Assembly: GCA_937863995.1 (NCBI GenBank)
Contig: CALMIK010000009.1
Span: 31,577-95,576, forward strand
Origin: an uncultured Chelatococcus sp.
Lineage (GTDB): Bacteria > Pseudomonadota > Alphaproteobacteria > Rhizobiales > Beijerinckiaceae
Length of the DNA stretch: 64,000 nucleotides
Direction of reading: 5' to 3'
Part shown: piece after piece, positions 31,747-40,958 of the stretch
Layout: the number at the start of each line of letters is the position of its first letter
How positions within the stretch are numbered: the first letter of the stretch is position 1
The notes under the pieces: model-generated
Seen by the model: only the letters and a program-made list of their open reading frames with translations
Databases searched by the model: none
Told to the model about the DNA's origin: nothing
Program-made: the position numbers and the translations under genes

Positions 31747-32613
31747 TCAGCGCCCGACGCGCGACAGGACGTCCGCCTTCAGGAATCGCTCCACGACGAG
31801 CATAAAGAGCACGGAGGGGATGAGCAAAAGCAGCGCCGTGATCGACGCGACCTGATAATTGCCGCCGGCGCCGGCCGTGTAGAGAAGCAGCGGCAGCATG
31901 GGCACGTCCGGGGCGCCGACGAAGTAGCTGCCGGTAAACTCGTCGAGGCTTTCGAGGAAAACGAAAATGGCGCTCGCCATCAGCCCCGGCGCGGCGAGCG
32001 GCAGCGTCACGTCGGCGAAGGCGCGCAGCCGCCCCGCGCCCGCGCAGCGCGCCGCCTGCTCCAGCTCGCTCTCGACGGCCGCGAAAGCCGCGGTCGCGAT
32101 CCACACCGCATAAACCAGCCCGTGCGAGACATGCACCAGCACCACGCCGGGTATCGTGCCGTTGAGGCGGATCTCGTAGAAGATGCGCGCGATGTTGACG
32201 TAGACCGTGAGGCTCGGAAAAGCCTGCGGGATCAGGAAGGCGAGCAGGATCAGGCCGCGCATCGGCAGGTTCAACCGCGCCAGCGCGTAGCCCGCCGGGA
32301 TCGCCAGCGCGAGCGACACGACGACCGTGAGAACCGCCACCAGCAGCGAGTTATGCAGCGATTCCAGCGCCCCGCCCCGCGGCGCGAACACGTTTTCCCA
32401 ATGGCTCAGCCCATATTGCAGCGGCAGCGCGTGGGGAAAATACCACTTCTCCGCCACCGTCCACAGCAGCATGTTCATCAGCGGGCCGAAGATGAAGAAG
32501 GCCAGCACGCCGAGGATCAGGCCGCGCAGCACCCATTTGAGCGCCGGCGCCAGCCGGCCCCAGAGAGGAAGCCGCCAAAATCTCGCGGCAGGGAGTTGCG
32601 CCGGCATGCTCAT
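31747..32613 (-). CDS. ABC permease
   Basis: Hydrophobic TM segments and the EAA loop ELEQAARCAGA. Confidence 0.88.
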   Translation of the reverse strand: MSMPAQLPAARFWRLPLWGRLAPALKWVLRGLILGVLAFFIFGPLMNMLLWTVAEKWYFPHALPLQYGLSHWENVFAPRGGALESLHNSLLVAVLTVVVSLALAIPAGYALARLNLPMRGLILLAFLIPQAFPSLTVYVNIARIFYEIRLNGTIPGVVLVHVSHGLVYAVWIATAAFAAVESELEQAARCAGAGRLRAFADVTLPLAAPGLMASAIFVFLESLDEFTGSYFVGAPDVPMLPLLLYTAGAGGNYQVASITALLLLIPSVLFMLVVERFLKADVLSRVGR

Positions 32614-33434
32614 GCGCGTTCCTTCAGGCTCTGACGCAGGTAGATCCAGCCCACGCAGGCGGCGAACGCCAGCGATATGAGGCCCAGCGCGTTGGCCACG
32701 CCGTAATCGCCATAGGCGTTGACGCGGAAGGCAATGTCAGCGGTCAGCATGGTCGGCGACTGGGCGTTGATCATCAGCGGCACCGACAGCACCGACAGCA
32801 TCGTCACGAACGACAGGATGAGCCCGACGGTGACCGTCATCATCACCTGCGGAACCAGGATCTCGAACAGGATGCGCAGCCGCGAGGCGCCGAGATTGCG
32901 CGCCGCCTCGATGGTTTCCCGGTTCACCGACGCCATGGCCCCGGCGACGAGCAGCGCGACGAAAGGCGTCTGCTTCCACACGAAGGCGATAACGATGCCG
33001 CGCCAGTCGAGAAAGCTCTGGGCGTCCAGCGGCGCGATCAGGCCGAGGCCCACGGCCACGTTGTTCATGATGCCGTTCTTGGCCAGGAACGTGCGCAGGA
33101 TCTGCCCGACGACGATGAACGGAATGAACAGCGGCCAGCGATAGAGCCAGCGCAGAATGGCCACCGCCGTCCTGTTCTCGCCAAGGGTGAGGTAGCCACC
33201 GATGGCGATCGCGGCAAGGCCGGTGAGAACCGTCGACAGCGCGACGATCACCACCGTGAACACGATGTCCGGCGCATAGAGGTCGACGCTCTTGACGAAA
33301 TTGTCCAGGCCGAAGCCGCCGCCCTCAACCCTGAACGCGCCAACAGCCGACAGCACCAGCGGCACGATGAAGAAGAGCACGATCACCACGAGAGCAGGCG
33401 CCACGAGGGCGAGACCGAGAAAACGTCTGGACAT
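32610..33434 (-). CDS. ABC permease
   Basis: EAA loop IEAARNLGAS. Start set at MSRRFL. Confidence 0.88.
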   Translation of the reverse strand: MSRRFLGLALVAPALVVIVLFFIVPLVLSAVGAFRVEGGGFGLDNFVKSVDLYAPDIVFTVVIVALSTVLTGLAAIAIGGYLTLGENRTAVAILRWLYRWPLFIPFIVVGQILRTFLAKNGIMNNVAVGLGLIAPLDAQSFLDWRGIVIAFVWKQTPFVALLVAGAMASVNRETIEAARNLGASRLRILFEILVPQVMMTVTVGLILSFVTMLSVLSVPLMINAQSPTMLTADIAFRVNAYGDYGVANALGLISLAFAACVGWIYLRQSLKERA

Positions 33435-33466
33435 GGCAAGTTCCTGCTGCGCCGCACAGGCCTGGA

Positions 33467-33494
33467 GCAACTCCCCGGCTGGCCGGGGAGTTGC
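33467..33494. other. Intergenic hairpin between SBP and permease genes (mRNA stabiliser or attenuator)
   Basis: Inverted repeat GCAACTCCCCGGC/GCCGGGGAGTTGC. Confidence 0.6.
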
Positions 33495-33503
33495 GGGGCC
33501 GTT

Positions 33504-34637
33504 TTACTTCACCGAACGCTCGTAAGCTTCGAGGATAGCGGTGTTGTAAGGGGCGATCGGGAACGGCCGGCCCTTGGTGGCGAGGTCTTCAGGCGTGATG
33601 TCGACGAACAGCCGGTTCCAGGTGGCGTCGTCGAGCTTGGCCTTCACGTGCTCGGCGTCGATGCCCGGATACCAGTTGAAGCGCTTGACGATGCCTTCGG
33701 CCTGCACCTCGGGGCTGGTCGCGAGCTCGATGAACTTGCGCGCCAGATCCTTGTTCGCGGCCTTCTCGGGAACCACGTAGTGCATCGGCTGGCCGGGCAT
33801 GCCGGGCGCGGGCAGGAAGAGCTTCAGGTCAGGCGAGAGCTGGCCGTTGGCCTGCCAGGAGTAGAACATGTCCACCCAAACCGGGCCCATGGCGATCTCG
33901 CCGCGGCTCAGCTGGTCGAGCGTGCCGGCGTTGCCGGGCGTCAGCGTCGCGTTCTTGGTGAAGTCGGCGAGGCTCTTGAAGGCGCCGTCCCACTTCTTGG
34001 TTTCTTCTTCCTTGAAGGGACCCGCTTCCAGGATCTTGGCGTCGCCGTCGCCGAAGGCGTAGACCCAGCCCATCACGAAGCTCACGCCGGAAGCGCCGCC
34101 CTTGATGCCGTTGTAGCCGAACTGCTTGGGATGCGCCTTGGCCCAATCCGCGATTTCCGCGTAGCTCTTGGGCGGGTTGGGCACCAGCGCCGGATTGTAG
34201 GCCACGGCCGTCTGGCTGTTGAACATCGGCATCACGTAGCCGTCGACATTGGCGCCGAGCGCGTTCTTCGCGTTCTCGCGGGTGACGAGCTTGCCGGTCG
34301 AGATCGCGTCGCGGTACTTGTCGAGGTAGCCCTTGGCGACCATCGGACCCACGAACTTCTCATGCACCACGGCGACGTCCACGTCCCACGCGGGCACGTT
34401 GGCGGCGGCCTGCGCGTCGAAGCGCTCCAGCAGCTTCTGCGAACCGGCATCGCCGGGGCCGGTGCCGATGGCGCGCACGGTGTTACCCGGATTGGCCTTC
34501 TCGAACAGCGGCCCGAGGTACTGGTTGATGTAGTCGACCATGTTCTGGTCGCCGGCGGTGGCGACCGTCAGTTCCGCGGCCCTGACGGGAAAGGCGGCGA
34601 CTATGAGGGCAAGCGCCGCGCAGGACATTCTCTTCAT
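33504..34637 (-). CDS. ABC extracellular solute-binding protein (possibly sugar or inositol phosphate)
   Basis: Signal peptide ending VRA and an SBP-like sequence. The ligand is inferred only from the co-encoded IMPase. Confidence 0.8.
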   Translation of the reverse strand: MKRMSCAALALIVAAFPVRAAELTVATAGDQNMVDYINQYLGPLFEKANPGNTVRAIGTGPGDAGSQKLLERFDAQAAANVPAWDVDVAVVHEKFVGPMVAKGYLDKYRDAISTGKLVTRENAKNALGANVDGYVMPMFNSQTAVAYNPALVPNPPKSYAEIADWAKAHPKQFGYNGIKGGASGVSFVMGWVYAFGDGDAKILEAGPFKEEETKKWDGAFKSLADFTKNATLTPGNAGTLDQLSRGEIAMGPVWVDMFYSWQANGQLSPDLKLFLPAPGMPGQPMHYVVPEKAANKDLARKFIELATSPEVQAEGIVKRFNWYPGIDAEHVKAKLDDATWNRLFVDITPEDLATKGRPFPIAPYNTAILEAYERSVK

Positions 34638-34664
34638 GGGATAGGCTCCAGCGTTGACTGAGGG

Positions 34665-35810
34665 TTAGGCAGGGACCTTCCCGGCGGGGATCGGGGAATT
34701 TTGCCGGGAAACTTGAGCGACCGGAGGCCGGATGTCCGGCCGGTCGAAGAGAAAAAGGGCGTCCGGCGCGACATGCACCGCAACGCGCGCTCCGGGCGGA
34801 AAGGCGCGCCCGGCGTCGGCCAGGATCTCCGTCTCGCCGACACGGATGGTGTGGCGCCAGTGGCCGCCGGGATAGCTGACGGCAACGACCTCGCCGTGGA
34901 AGGCGAAGCCGCCATCGTCCGCAGGCTCGCCTGCCTCGTCGATGCGCGCGGCTTCCGGCCGGAAGCGCGCCTCGACCGCCCCCGCGCCGAGCCGGCGGCC
35001 GGCGAGCGGCACGCTGCCCTCCCCGTTGGCGGGACCGGCGGCGATGGCGAACCGTCCGCCCACGGGCGCGCCCGCGAGCTGGACGACGTTCTCCGCGCCC
35101 ATGAAGGCCGCGACGAATGCGGAAGCGGGGCGGTTGTAGACTTCCTCGGGCGAGCCCTGCTGGACGATCCGGCCGGCGTTCAGGATGACGACGCGGTCCG
35201 CCATCACCATGGCCTCCTCGCGGTCGTGCGTGACGTGGACGGCGGTGATGCCCAGACGGCGCTGCAACGCGCGCAGCTCATGACGCACCGAGAGCCGGAT
35301 GCGGACATCGAGATTGGACAGCGGCTCGTCGAGCAGCAGGATTTCCGGATCGACGGCGAGCGCGCGGCCAAGCGCGACGCGCTGGCGCTGGCCGCCCGAA
35401 AGCGCCGACGGCTTGCGCTCGCCAAGGCCGTCGAGGCCGAGCATCGACTGGATCGCGTCGACGCGCGCCGCCCGCTCGGCTTTCGTCACGCCCCTCAGGC
35501 GCAGGCCGTAGCCGATGTTCTGCGCCACCGTCATGTGCGGCCACAGCGCATAGGACTGGAACACCATCGACACGCCGCGCCGGTCGGGCGGCATGTCCGT
35601 CACGTCCTCGCCGCGCAGCATGACCTTGCCGGCGGACGGCGACACCAGCCCCGCCAGCACGCGCAGCAGCGTCGTCTTCCCGCAGCCCGACGAACCCAGC
35701 AGGGCCACGAACTCGCCCCGGCCCACGGCAAGGTCGATGTCGTCCAGGACCCGGGTCTTGCCGTAGCCGCAGGCGATGCCGTCGAGTTCGAGAAAGGTAT
35801 CCGGCTGCAT
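34665..35810 (-). CDS. ABC ATP-binding protein (MalK/PotA-like)
   Basis: Contains GSSGCGKT, LSGGQRQR and LLDEPLSNLD. Start set at MQPDTF. Confidence 0.92.
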   Translation of the reverse strand: MQPDTFLELDGIACGYGKTRVLDDIDLAVGRGEFVALLGSSGCGKTTLLRVLAGLVSPSAGKVMLRGEDVTDMPPDRRGVSMVFQSYALWPHMTVAQNIGYGLRLRGVTKAERAARVDAIQSMLGLDGLGERKPSALSGGQRQRVALGRALAVDPEILLLDEPLSNLDVRIRLSVRHELRALQRRLGITAVHVTHDREEAMVMADRVVILNAGRIVQQGSPEEVYNRPASAFVAAFMGAENVVQLAGAPVGGRFAIAAGPANGEGSVPLAGRRLGAGAVEARFRPEAARIDEAGEPADDGGFAFHGEVVAVSYPGGHWRHTIRVGETEILADAGRAFPPGARVAVHVAPDALFLFDRPDIRPPVAQVSRQNSPIPAGKVPA

Positions 35811-35820
35811 GTCCACCTCG

Positions 35821-35838
35821 ATTGCACAGGTGTGCAAT
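35821..35838. promoter_or_regulatory. Candidate LacI-family operator
   Basis: ATTGCACA-GG-TGTGCAAT inverted repeat just upstream of the 35810 start. Confidence 0.6.
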
Positions 35839-35905
35839 TGCGTTCGCGACTGGATAGAGCCTTTCGTTGACACAGGCATGACAGCCGGCGGTCATCTCCA
35901 TCGCA

Positions 35906-35944
35906 GGCGGTGCATCCAGGGGCGGTGCATCCAGGGGCGGCGCA
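35906..35944. repeat. 15-bp tandem repeat (about 2.6 copies) in the divergent promoter region
   Basis: GGCGGTGCATCCAGG twice, then GGCGGCGCA. Confidence 0.9.
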
Positions 35945-36012
35945 CCGTCGTGGATTTGTAACAAGACGTGTCTAGCCTGAGGCGACCGATCAAACGCAAG
36001 GATGTTCCTGCA

Positions 36013-37140
36013 ATGACAACGATCCACAGACGCGCCATTCTCAAGGGCGCGGCCGCTCTCGCGAGCGCTTCCGCCGTTGGCCCCTTCATCTCGCGCGGCG
36101 CGTTCGCGCAGGCTTCGTCCGGCACGGTCAACATCTTCGGGTGGGCGGGCTACGTCACCGACCCGCTCCTCGCCGCCTTCGAGAAGGCGACCGGCATCAA
36201 GGCCAAGTTCACGCCCTACGGCACCAACGACGAGCTGCTGAACCAGCTGCGCGCCAACCAGGGCAAGGGTTTCGACATCGTCTGGCCGACCGTGGACCGC
36301 GTGCCTAACTACGTCGAATTCGGCCTCATCCAGCCGATCGACGAATCGAAGGTCGAGGTGTCGCGCGTCCTGCCCGCCATCTGGAAGAACTCGGAAAAAT
36401 TCGGCGCCGTCGTGAACGGCAAGCGTTACCAGGTTCCCGCCGACTGGGGCACCGAGGCGCTGGCGTTCGACCGCAACAAGTCGCCGCTGGAATACGGCAA
36501 GGCCTCCTACGGCGACATCTGGAAGCCCGAGAGCGCCGGCAAGGCGACGGTGCGCGGCCACTCCAGCCTCGTCGGCCTCGGCCTGTGGCTGGAGAAGGAA
36601 GGCAAGCTGCCGCGCCCGCTGCTCGACGCGTTCAAGACCCCCGAAGCGCAGGTCGAGATCTTCGACGTGATCCTCGCCGAGGCCATCGCGCGCAAGGGCA
36701 ACATCGTGCAGTTCTGGTCGAACGAGAACGAAGCCCAGGGCGCGTTCCGCGTCAACGGCGCGACCATCGGCCAGACGTGGGATTCGACCGGCGCGGCACT
36801 TGCCAAGGAAGGCCTGCCCGTCGGCTTCATCGCCCCCACCGAGGGTGCGCTCGCGTGGCTCGAGGGCTTCGCCATTCCGGTCGGCGCCGAGAACGTCGAA
36901 CAGGCCTATGCCTTCATCAACTGGTTCCTGACGCCGGAAGCCGGCGCGCTGTACTCCAACGCCACCTCGATCAACTCGACCGCTGTCGGCGCCGCCGACC
37001 TGCTCGACGACAAGGCCAAGACGTTCTTCGCGAACGCCTATCCGGGCGACGCGCTCGAGCGCCTGTGGTGGTGGCCGGTGCAGGAAAACTGGTACGTGTC
37101 GAAGCGCAACGAGTATCAGGACCGCTTCCTCTCGGCCTGA
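36013..37140 (+). CDS. PotD/PotF-like ABC substrate-binding protein with Tat signal
   Basis: Tat signal HRRAILKG...AFA; motifs FGWAGY, FEKATGIK and EGALAW. Confidence 0.88.
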   Translation: MTTIHRRAILKGAAALASASAVGPFISRGAFAQASSGTVNIFGWAGYVTDPLLAAFEKATGIKAKFTPYGTNDELLNQLRANQGKGFDIVWPTVDRVPNYVEFGLIQPIDESKVEVSRVLPAIWKNSEKFGAVVNGKRYQVPADWGTEALAFDRNKSPLEYGKASYGDIWKPESAGKATVRGHSSLVGLGLWLEKEGKLPRPLLDAFKTPEAQVEIFDVILAEAIARKGNIVQFWSNENEAQGAFRVNGATIGQTWDSTGAALAKEGLPVGFIAPTEGALAWLEGFAIPVGAENVEQAYAFINWFLTPEAGALYSNATSINSTAVGAADLLDDKAKTFFANAYPGDALERLWWWPVQENWYVSKRNEYQDRFLSA

Positions 37141-37152
37141 AGTGACAAATCC

Positions 37153-37176
37153 GGAGGCGGCGCCCAAGCCGCCTCC
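37153..37176. other. Intergenic hairpin after the SBP gene
   Basis: GGAGGCGGC/GCCGCCTCC stem. Confidence 0.5.
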
Positions 37177-37259
37177 CTTACGGGGAGCGCCCCGGCGGAA
37201 GCGGTGCCCGCTTCTGCCGGCGTTGCTGCTTCCGCCGGCAATACCCTTGCGGAGTTTGC

Positions 37260-38324
37260 ATGCATTCGGTTGAGCTTGACAGGGTCGGCATGGCCTTCGG
37301 CGCCACGCGCGCCGTCGACAACGTGTCGCTGACGGTGGCCGGGGGAGAGTTCTTCTCCATTCTCGGCCCCTCCGGCTGCGGCAAGACGACCGTGCTGCGG
37401 ATGATCGCCGGTTTTCTCGAACCCACCTCCGGCACCATCGCCATCGCCGGACGCGCCATGAAGGGGCTGGGGCCGAACCAGCGCCCCACGGCGATGATCT
37501 TTCAGTCGCTGGCGCTGTTTCCGCTGATGCCGGTGTGGGAGAACATCGCATTCGGTCTGGAGGCGCGCGGTGTCGCGCGGGCGAAGCGGCGGGCGAGAGC
37601 CGAGGAACTGCTGGAGTTGATCGCGCTGAAAGGCTACGGCGACCGGCTGCCGGGCGAGCTTTCGGGCGGCCAGCGCCAGCGTGTCGCCATCGCGCGGGCG
37701 CTCGCCATCGAGCCGCAGGTGCTGCTGCTCGACGAGCCGCTTTCGGCGCTCGACCTCAAGCTGCGCCAGCACATGCGGGCGGAGCTTCGCGCCCTGCAGA
37801 AGCGCACCGGCATCACCTTCATCTACATCACCCACGACCAGTCCGAGGCGCTGGCGATGTCGGACCGCATCGCGGTCATGAACGGCGGAGCGGTGGAGCA
37901 GGTCGGCACGCCACACGACCTCTACGACAACCCGGCGACGCCGTTCATCGCCACTTTCGTGGGCGAGAACAACGCCATCGCGGGCCGGGTGAGCGCCATC
38001 GCGGACGGGATCGCGACGGTGGACACCGGCGCGGAAGCCCTGCGCGGCCGGGCGGGCCCGGGCCTCGCCGTGGGCTCGGCGGCGCGGCTCTACGTGCGCC
38101 CCGAGGCGCTGGCCGCGGATGGCGCGGCCGAGAACGGCGTGAGCGCGCGGATCGATCGCATCGATTTCGAAGGCGCCTTCGCCCTTGCCTACGGAACGCG
38201 GCCCAACGGCGCGCCGCTCATCGCCTCCATCGCCAGCACCGCGCTCGCGAGCGCCCCCGCGGTTGGGGTGGCGGCGGCGTTCTCCTTCCGCACCGGCCAC
38301 GCAACGGTGCTTCCCGATGCCTGA
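37260..38324 (+). CDS. PotA-like ABC ATP-binding protein
   Basis: Contains GPSGCGKT, LSGGQRQR, LLDEPLSALD and THDQSEA. Confidence 0.92.
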   Translation: MHSVELDRVGMAFGATRAVDNVSLTVAGGEFFSILGPSGCGKTTVLRMIAGFLEPTSGTIAIAGRAMKGLGPNQRPTAMIFQSLALFPLMPVWENIAFGLEARGVARAKRRARAEELLELIALKGYGDRLPGELSGGQRQRVAIARALAIEPQVLLLDEPLSALDLKLRQHMRAELRALQKRTGITFIYITHDQSEALAMSDRIAVMNGGAVEQVGTPHDLYDNPATPFIATFVGENNAIAGRVSAIADGIATVDTGAEALRGRAGPGLAVGSAARLYVRPEALAADGAAENGVSARIDRIDFEGAFALAYGTRPNGAPLIASIASTALASAPAVGVAAAFSFRTGHATVLPDA

Positions 38325-39198
38325 GGTCCTGCGGCGCTTCGGCCATGGTTCCGGCACGATCATCCTCGCACTGGTGTTCCTGTGGCTCGCGGGCATGGTG
38401 CTCGCCCCCAACCTGACGATGATCGACTACGCCCTGCGGCCCAACCTGCCGCCCGCGCGCATCGGCGGGCCGGACGACGTCTACTCGCTCGACAACATCC
38501 TGTATCTGTTCAACGAGCCGGTGCACCGCGCGATCTTCGTGAAAACTATCTGGGCGAGCGCGCTCGTCGCCTTCGCCACGTTCGCGGTGTGTTACCCGCT
38601 GGCTTTCTGGCTGGCGCAGCGCGCCACGCGCAACCAGACGGCGCTGGCGCTGCTGGCGCTGACGATTCCCTTCTGGATCAACGAGGTGTTGCGCACGCTG
38701 GCGTGGTACATCCTGCTCGCCTATCGCGGACCGTTGAACGAGGCGCTGCTCGGCCTCGGCCTCATCGACGAGCCGGTGCGCTGGCAAGGCAACGCCGGCG
38801 TGCTCGCCGGCATGGTTTATGCTTACATCCTCTTCATGCTGTTTCCGATCTACAACGCCATCGAGAGCCTCGACAAGGCGCAGGTCGAGGCCGCCCGCGA
38901 CCTCGGCGCGCCGACGTGGCGCATTCACTGGCGCGTGGTGATGCCCCACGCCAAGGCCGGCATCGCCACGGGCTGCGTCTTCACCTTCATGCTCGCGGCC
39001 GGTTCCTACGTGGCGCCGGCGCTGCTGGGCGCGCCGGGAAGCCGCTGGTTCACCGAGATCATCTACAACTGGTTCTTCGAGGGCGGCGACTGGAACAGGG
39101 GCGCGGCCTACGCGCTGGTCCTGCTGGTGCTGTGCCTCGTCGTCGTGCTGGCGGCCCTCAGGCTCGCCCGCGTCAGCCTGGCCGAGGTGACGAAATGA
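38317..39198 (+). CDS. PotB-like ABC permease
   Basis: Contains IPFWINE..R and EAARDLGA. Start set at MPEVLR. Confidence 0.88.
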   Translation: MPEVLRRFGHGSGTIILALVFLWLAGMVLAPNLTMIDYALRPNLPPARIGGPDDVYSLDNILYLFNEPVHRAIFVKTIWASALVAFATFAVCYPLAFWLAQRATRNQTALALLALTIPFWINEVLRTLAWYILLAYRGPLNEALLGLGLIDEPVRWQGNAGVLAGMVYAYILFMLFPIYNAIESLDKAQVEAARDLGAPTWRIHWRVVMPHAKAGIATGCVFTFMLAAGSYVAPALLGAPGSRWFTEIIYNWFFEGGDWNRGAAYALVLLVLCLVVVLAALRLARVSLAEVTK

Positions 39199-39992
39199 GC
39201 AGCGGAAGCTGGATCGCCAAGGCGCTGTTCCGCTTCTATTTGGCGGCGTTCTTCCTGTATCTTTTCCTGCCGCTCGCGTTGATGAGCGCCGCCACCTTCA
39301 ACACCAGCCGCTTTCCCACCGTCACCCCCTGGCAGGGCACCACGTTGCAGTGGTTCCAGGCCCTGTGGACCGATCAGGCCATGTGGAACGCGGTCTGGAC
39401 CTCGGCGGCCATCGCCCTGCTTGTGGTGGCGATAGCGCTGCCGGTGGGCACTGCGGCAGCACTCCTGCTCACCAGTCTGCACGGGCGCGCCCGCAACGTG
39501 CTCTACGCGGTCATGGTGTCGCCGCTGCTCACGCCCGGCGTGGTCGTCGGCATCGCGACACTGGTTCTGTGGCGGCAGCTTGGTGTCGGCGGCGGCCTGT
39601 TCCTGATCGTGATGGCGCAGGCGAGCTTCATCATCTGCTACGTGATGCTGATGGTTTCCGCCCGCCTCCAGCGCTTCGACCGCACCCAGGAAGACGCCGC
39701 GCTCGGCCTCGGCGCGTCGAAGTTCATGGTGTTCCGCCGCGTGCTGCTGCCGTTCCTGAAGCCCGCGCTGGTCGCATCGGGGTTCCTCGCGCTGCTGCAA
39801 TCGGTCGAGAACTACAACACCACGCTTTTCGTGCGCGGTTTCGAGACGCCGCTGACGGTTTTCATCGCCACGAAGGTGCGAACGGGCCTTACCCCCGCCG
39901 TGAACGCGCTCGCGCTCGTCATGATCGCAGCCGCCATCGTCGGCGCCACCGCTTACGAGCTTTACCGCCGCAGGCCGCCGCGCGCATCTTGA
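39195..39992 (+). CDS. PotC-like ABC permease
   Basis: Contains FYLAAFFLYLFLPL and EDAALGLGA; ATGA overlap with the upstream gene. Confidence 0.88.
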   Translation: MSSGSWIAKALFRFYLAAFFLYLFLPLALMSAATFNTSRFPTVTPWQGTTLQWFQALWTDQAMWNAVWTSAAIALLVVAIALPVGTAAALLLTSLHGRARNVLYAVMVSPLLTPGVVVGIATLVLWRQLGVGGGLFLIVMAQASFIICYVMLMVSARLQRFDRTQEDAALGLGASKFMVFRRVLLPFLKPALVASGFLALLQSVENYNTTLFVRGFETPLTVFIATKVRTGLTPAVNALALVMIAAAIVGATAYELYRRRPPRAS

Positions 39993-39999
39993 TGCCCGG

Positions 40000-40800
40000 T
40001 CAGTTCGCGGCCGCACGCCGCCAGCGTTCGGCGTTCATCTCCCATGGCCGGATCAGCAGATGCTCCACCGCCAGCATCACAACCACGAAGGCAAGCGCGT
40101 AAGCGATCACGTGGGCGATCTGAAACAGCTGGAAATACATGTGGATGCGAAAGCCGATGCCGCTCGATCGGCCGAGGAACTCGACCACGAGCACGATTTT
40201 CCAGATCACCGCGATACCGTTGCGCGCGGCGACGATGAAAAACGGCGCCAGCTGCGGCACGACGATGTGACGCAAGCGCCGCCCGGCCGGCAGCCGCGCC
40301 ACCTGGGCCAGTTCGTCGAGCGCGGGGTCGAGGGCGCGCGCGCCCTGACGCATCGTGACCAGCACCATCGCCGTCTTGTTGAGCGTCACGGCGGTGATCG
40401 CCGCCACCTCGTTGAGGCCGATCCACAGGTAGCATAACACGATCAGCACCAGCGCCGGCAGGTTCAGGAACACCGTCACCCACGGATCGGCCCAGCGGTC
40501 CAGCCACGGACAGCGCCCCAGCAGAACGCCGAGCACCGACCCCGCCGCCATCGCCAGACCGAACGCGACGGCCACGCGCACGAGCGTCGCCAGAAGGTCG
40601 CGCGGCAGCCGCCCCGCAGCGACCTCGTCCGCGAACACCCGCGCGACGGTCCAAGGCCCGGGCAGCACGGACGGGTCGGCCTTCGCCGCCGCCAGCGCCG
40701 CCCAGAGCGCGATCAGGGCGAGGATCGACAGGACGAAAATCCCCAGCGAGGTATCGTTGGCCGAGGTTGTTGCCCCGCCGCCGGCCGATTTTCCGATCAT
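40000..40800 (-). CDS. NitT/TauT-family ABC permease (partner of 50055-51621)
   Basis: Contains LPGPWTV, LNLPALV and WKIVLVVEFLGRSSGIG. Confidence 0.85.
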   Translation of the reverse strand: MIGKSAGGGATTSANDTSLGIFVLSILALIALWAALAAAKADPSVLPGPWTVARVFADEVAAGRLPRDLLATLVRVAVAFGLAMAAGSVLGVLLGRCPWLDRWADPWVTVFLNLPALVLIVLCYLWIGLNEVAAITAVTLNKTAMVLVTMRQGARALDPALDELAQVARLPAGRRLRHIVVPQLAPFFIVAARNGIAVIWKIVLVVEFLGRSSGIGFRIHMYFQLFQIAHVIAYALAFVVVMLAVEHLLIRPWEMNAERWRRAAAN

Positions 40801-40848
40801 CGTTTTTCTCCCCCTCCACTATAGCCTCGGCGCGGCGTGGCCTGCCTC

Positions 40849-40863
40849 GCGACCTTGGTCGTA
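40849..40863. promoter_or_regulatory. PQQ-island operator motif, copy 1
   Basis: GCGACCTTGGTCGTA in the divergent intergenic region. Confidence 0.75.
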
Positions 40864-40958
40864 TGTCGCTCGGCGCGCCGCCAGCCTATCTTTTCGTCGG
40901 GGAATGCCGGCGAAAAAGAACCGGCTCCGGAAAGTACGGCCCCTGGAGGAAACAGCCG

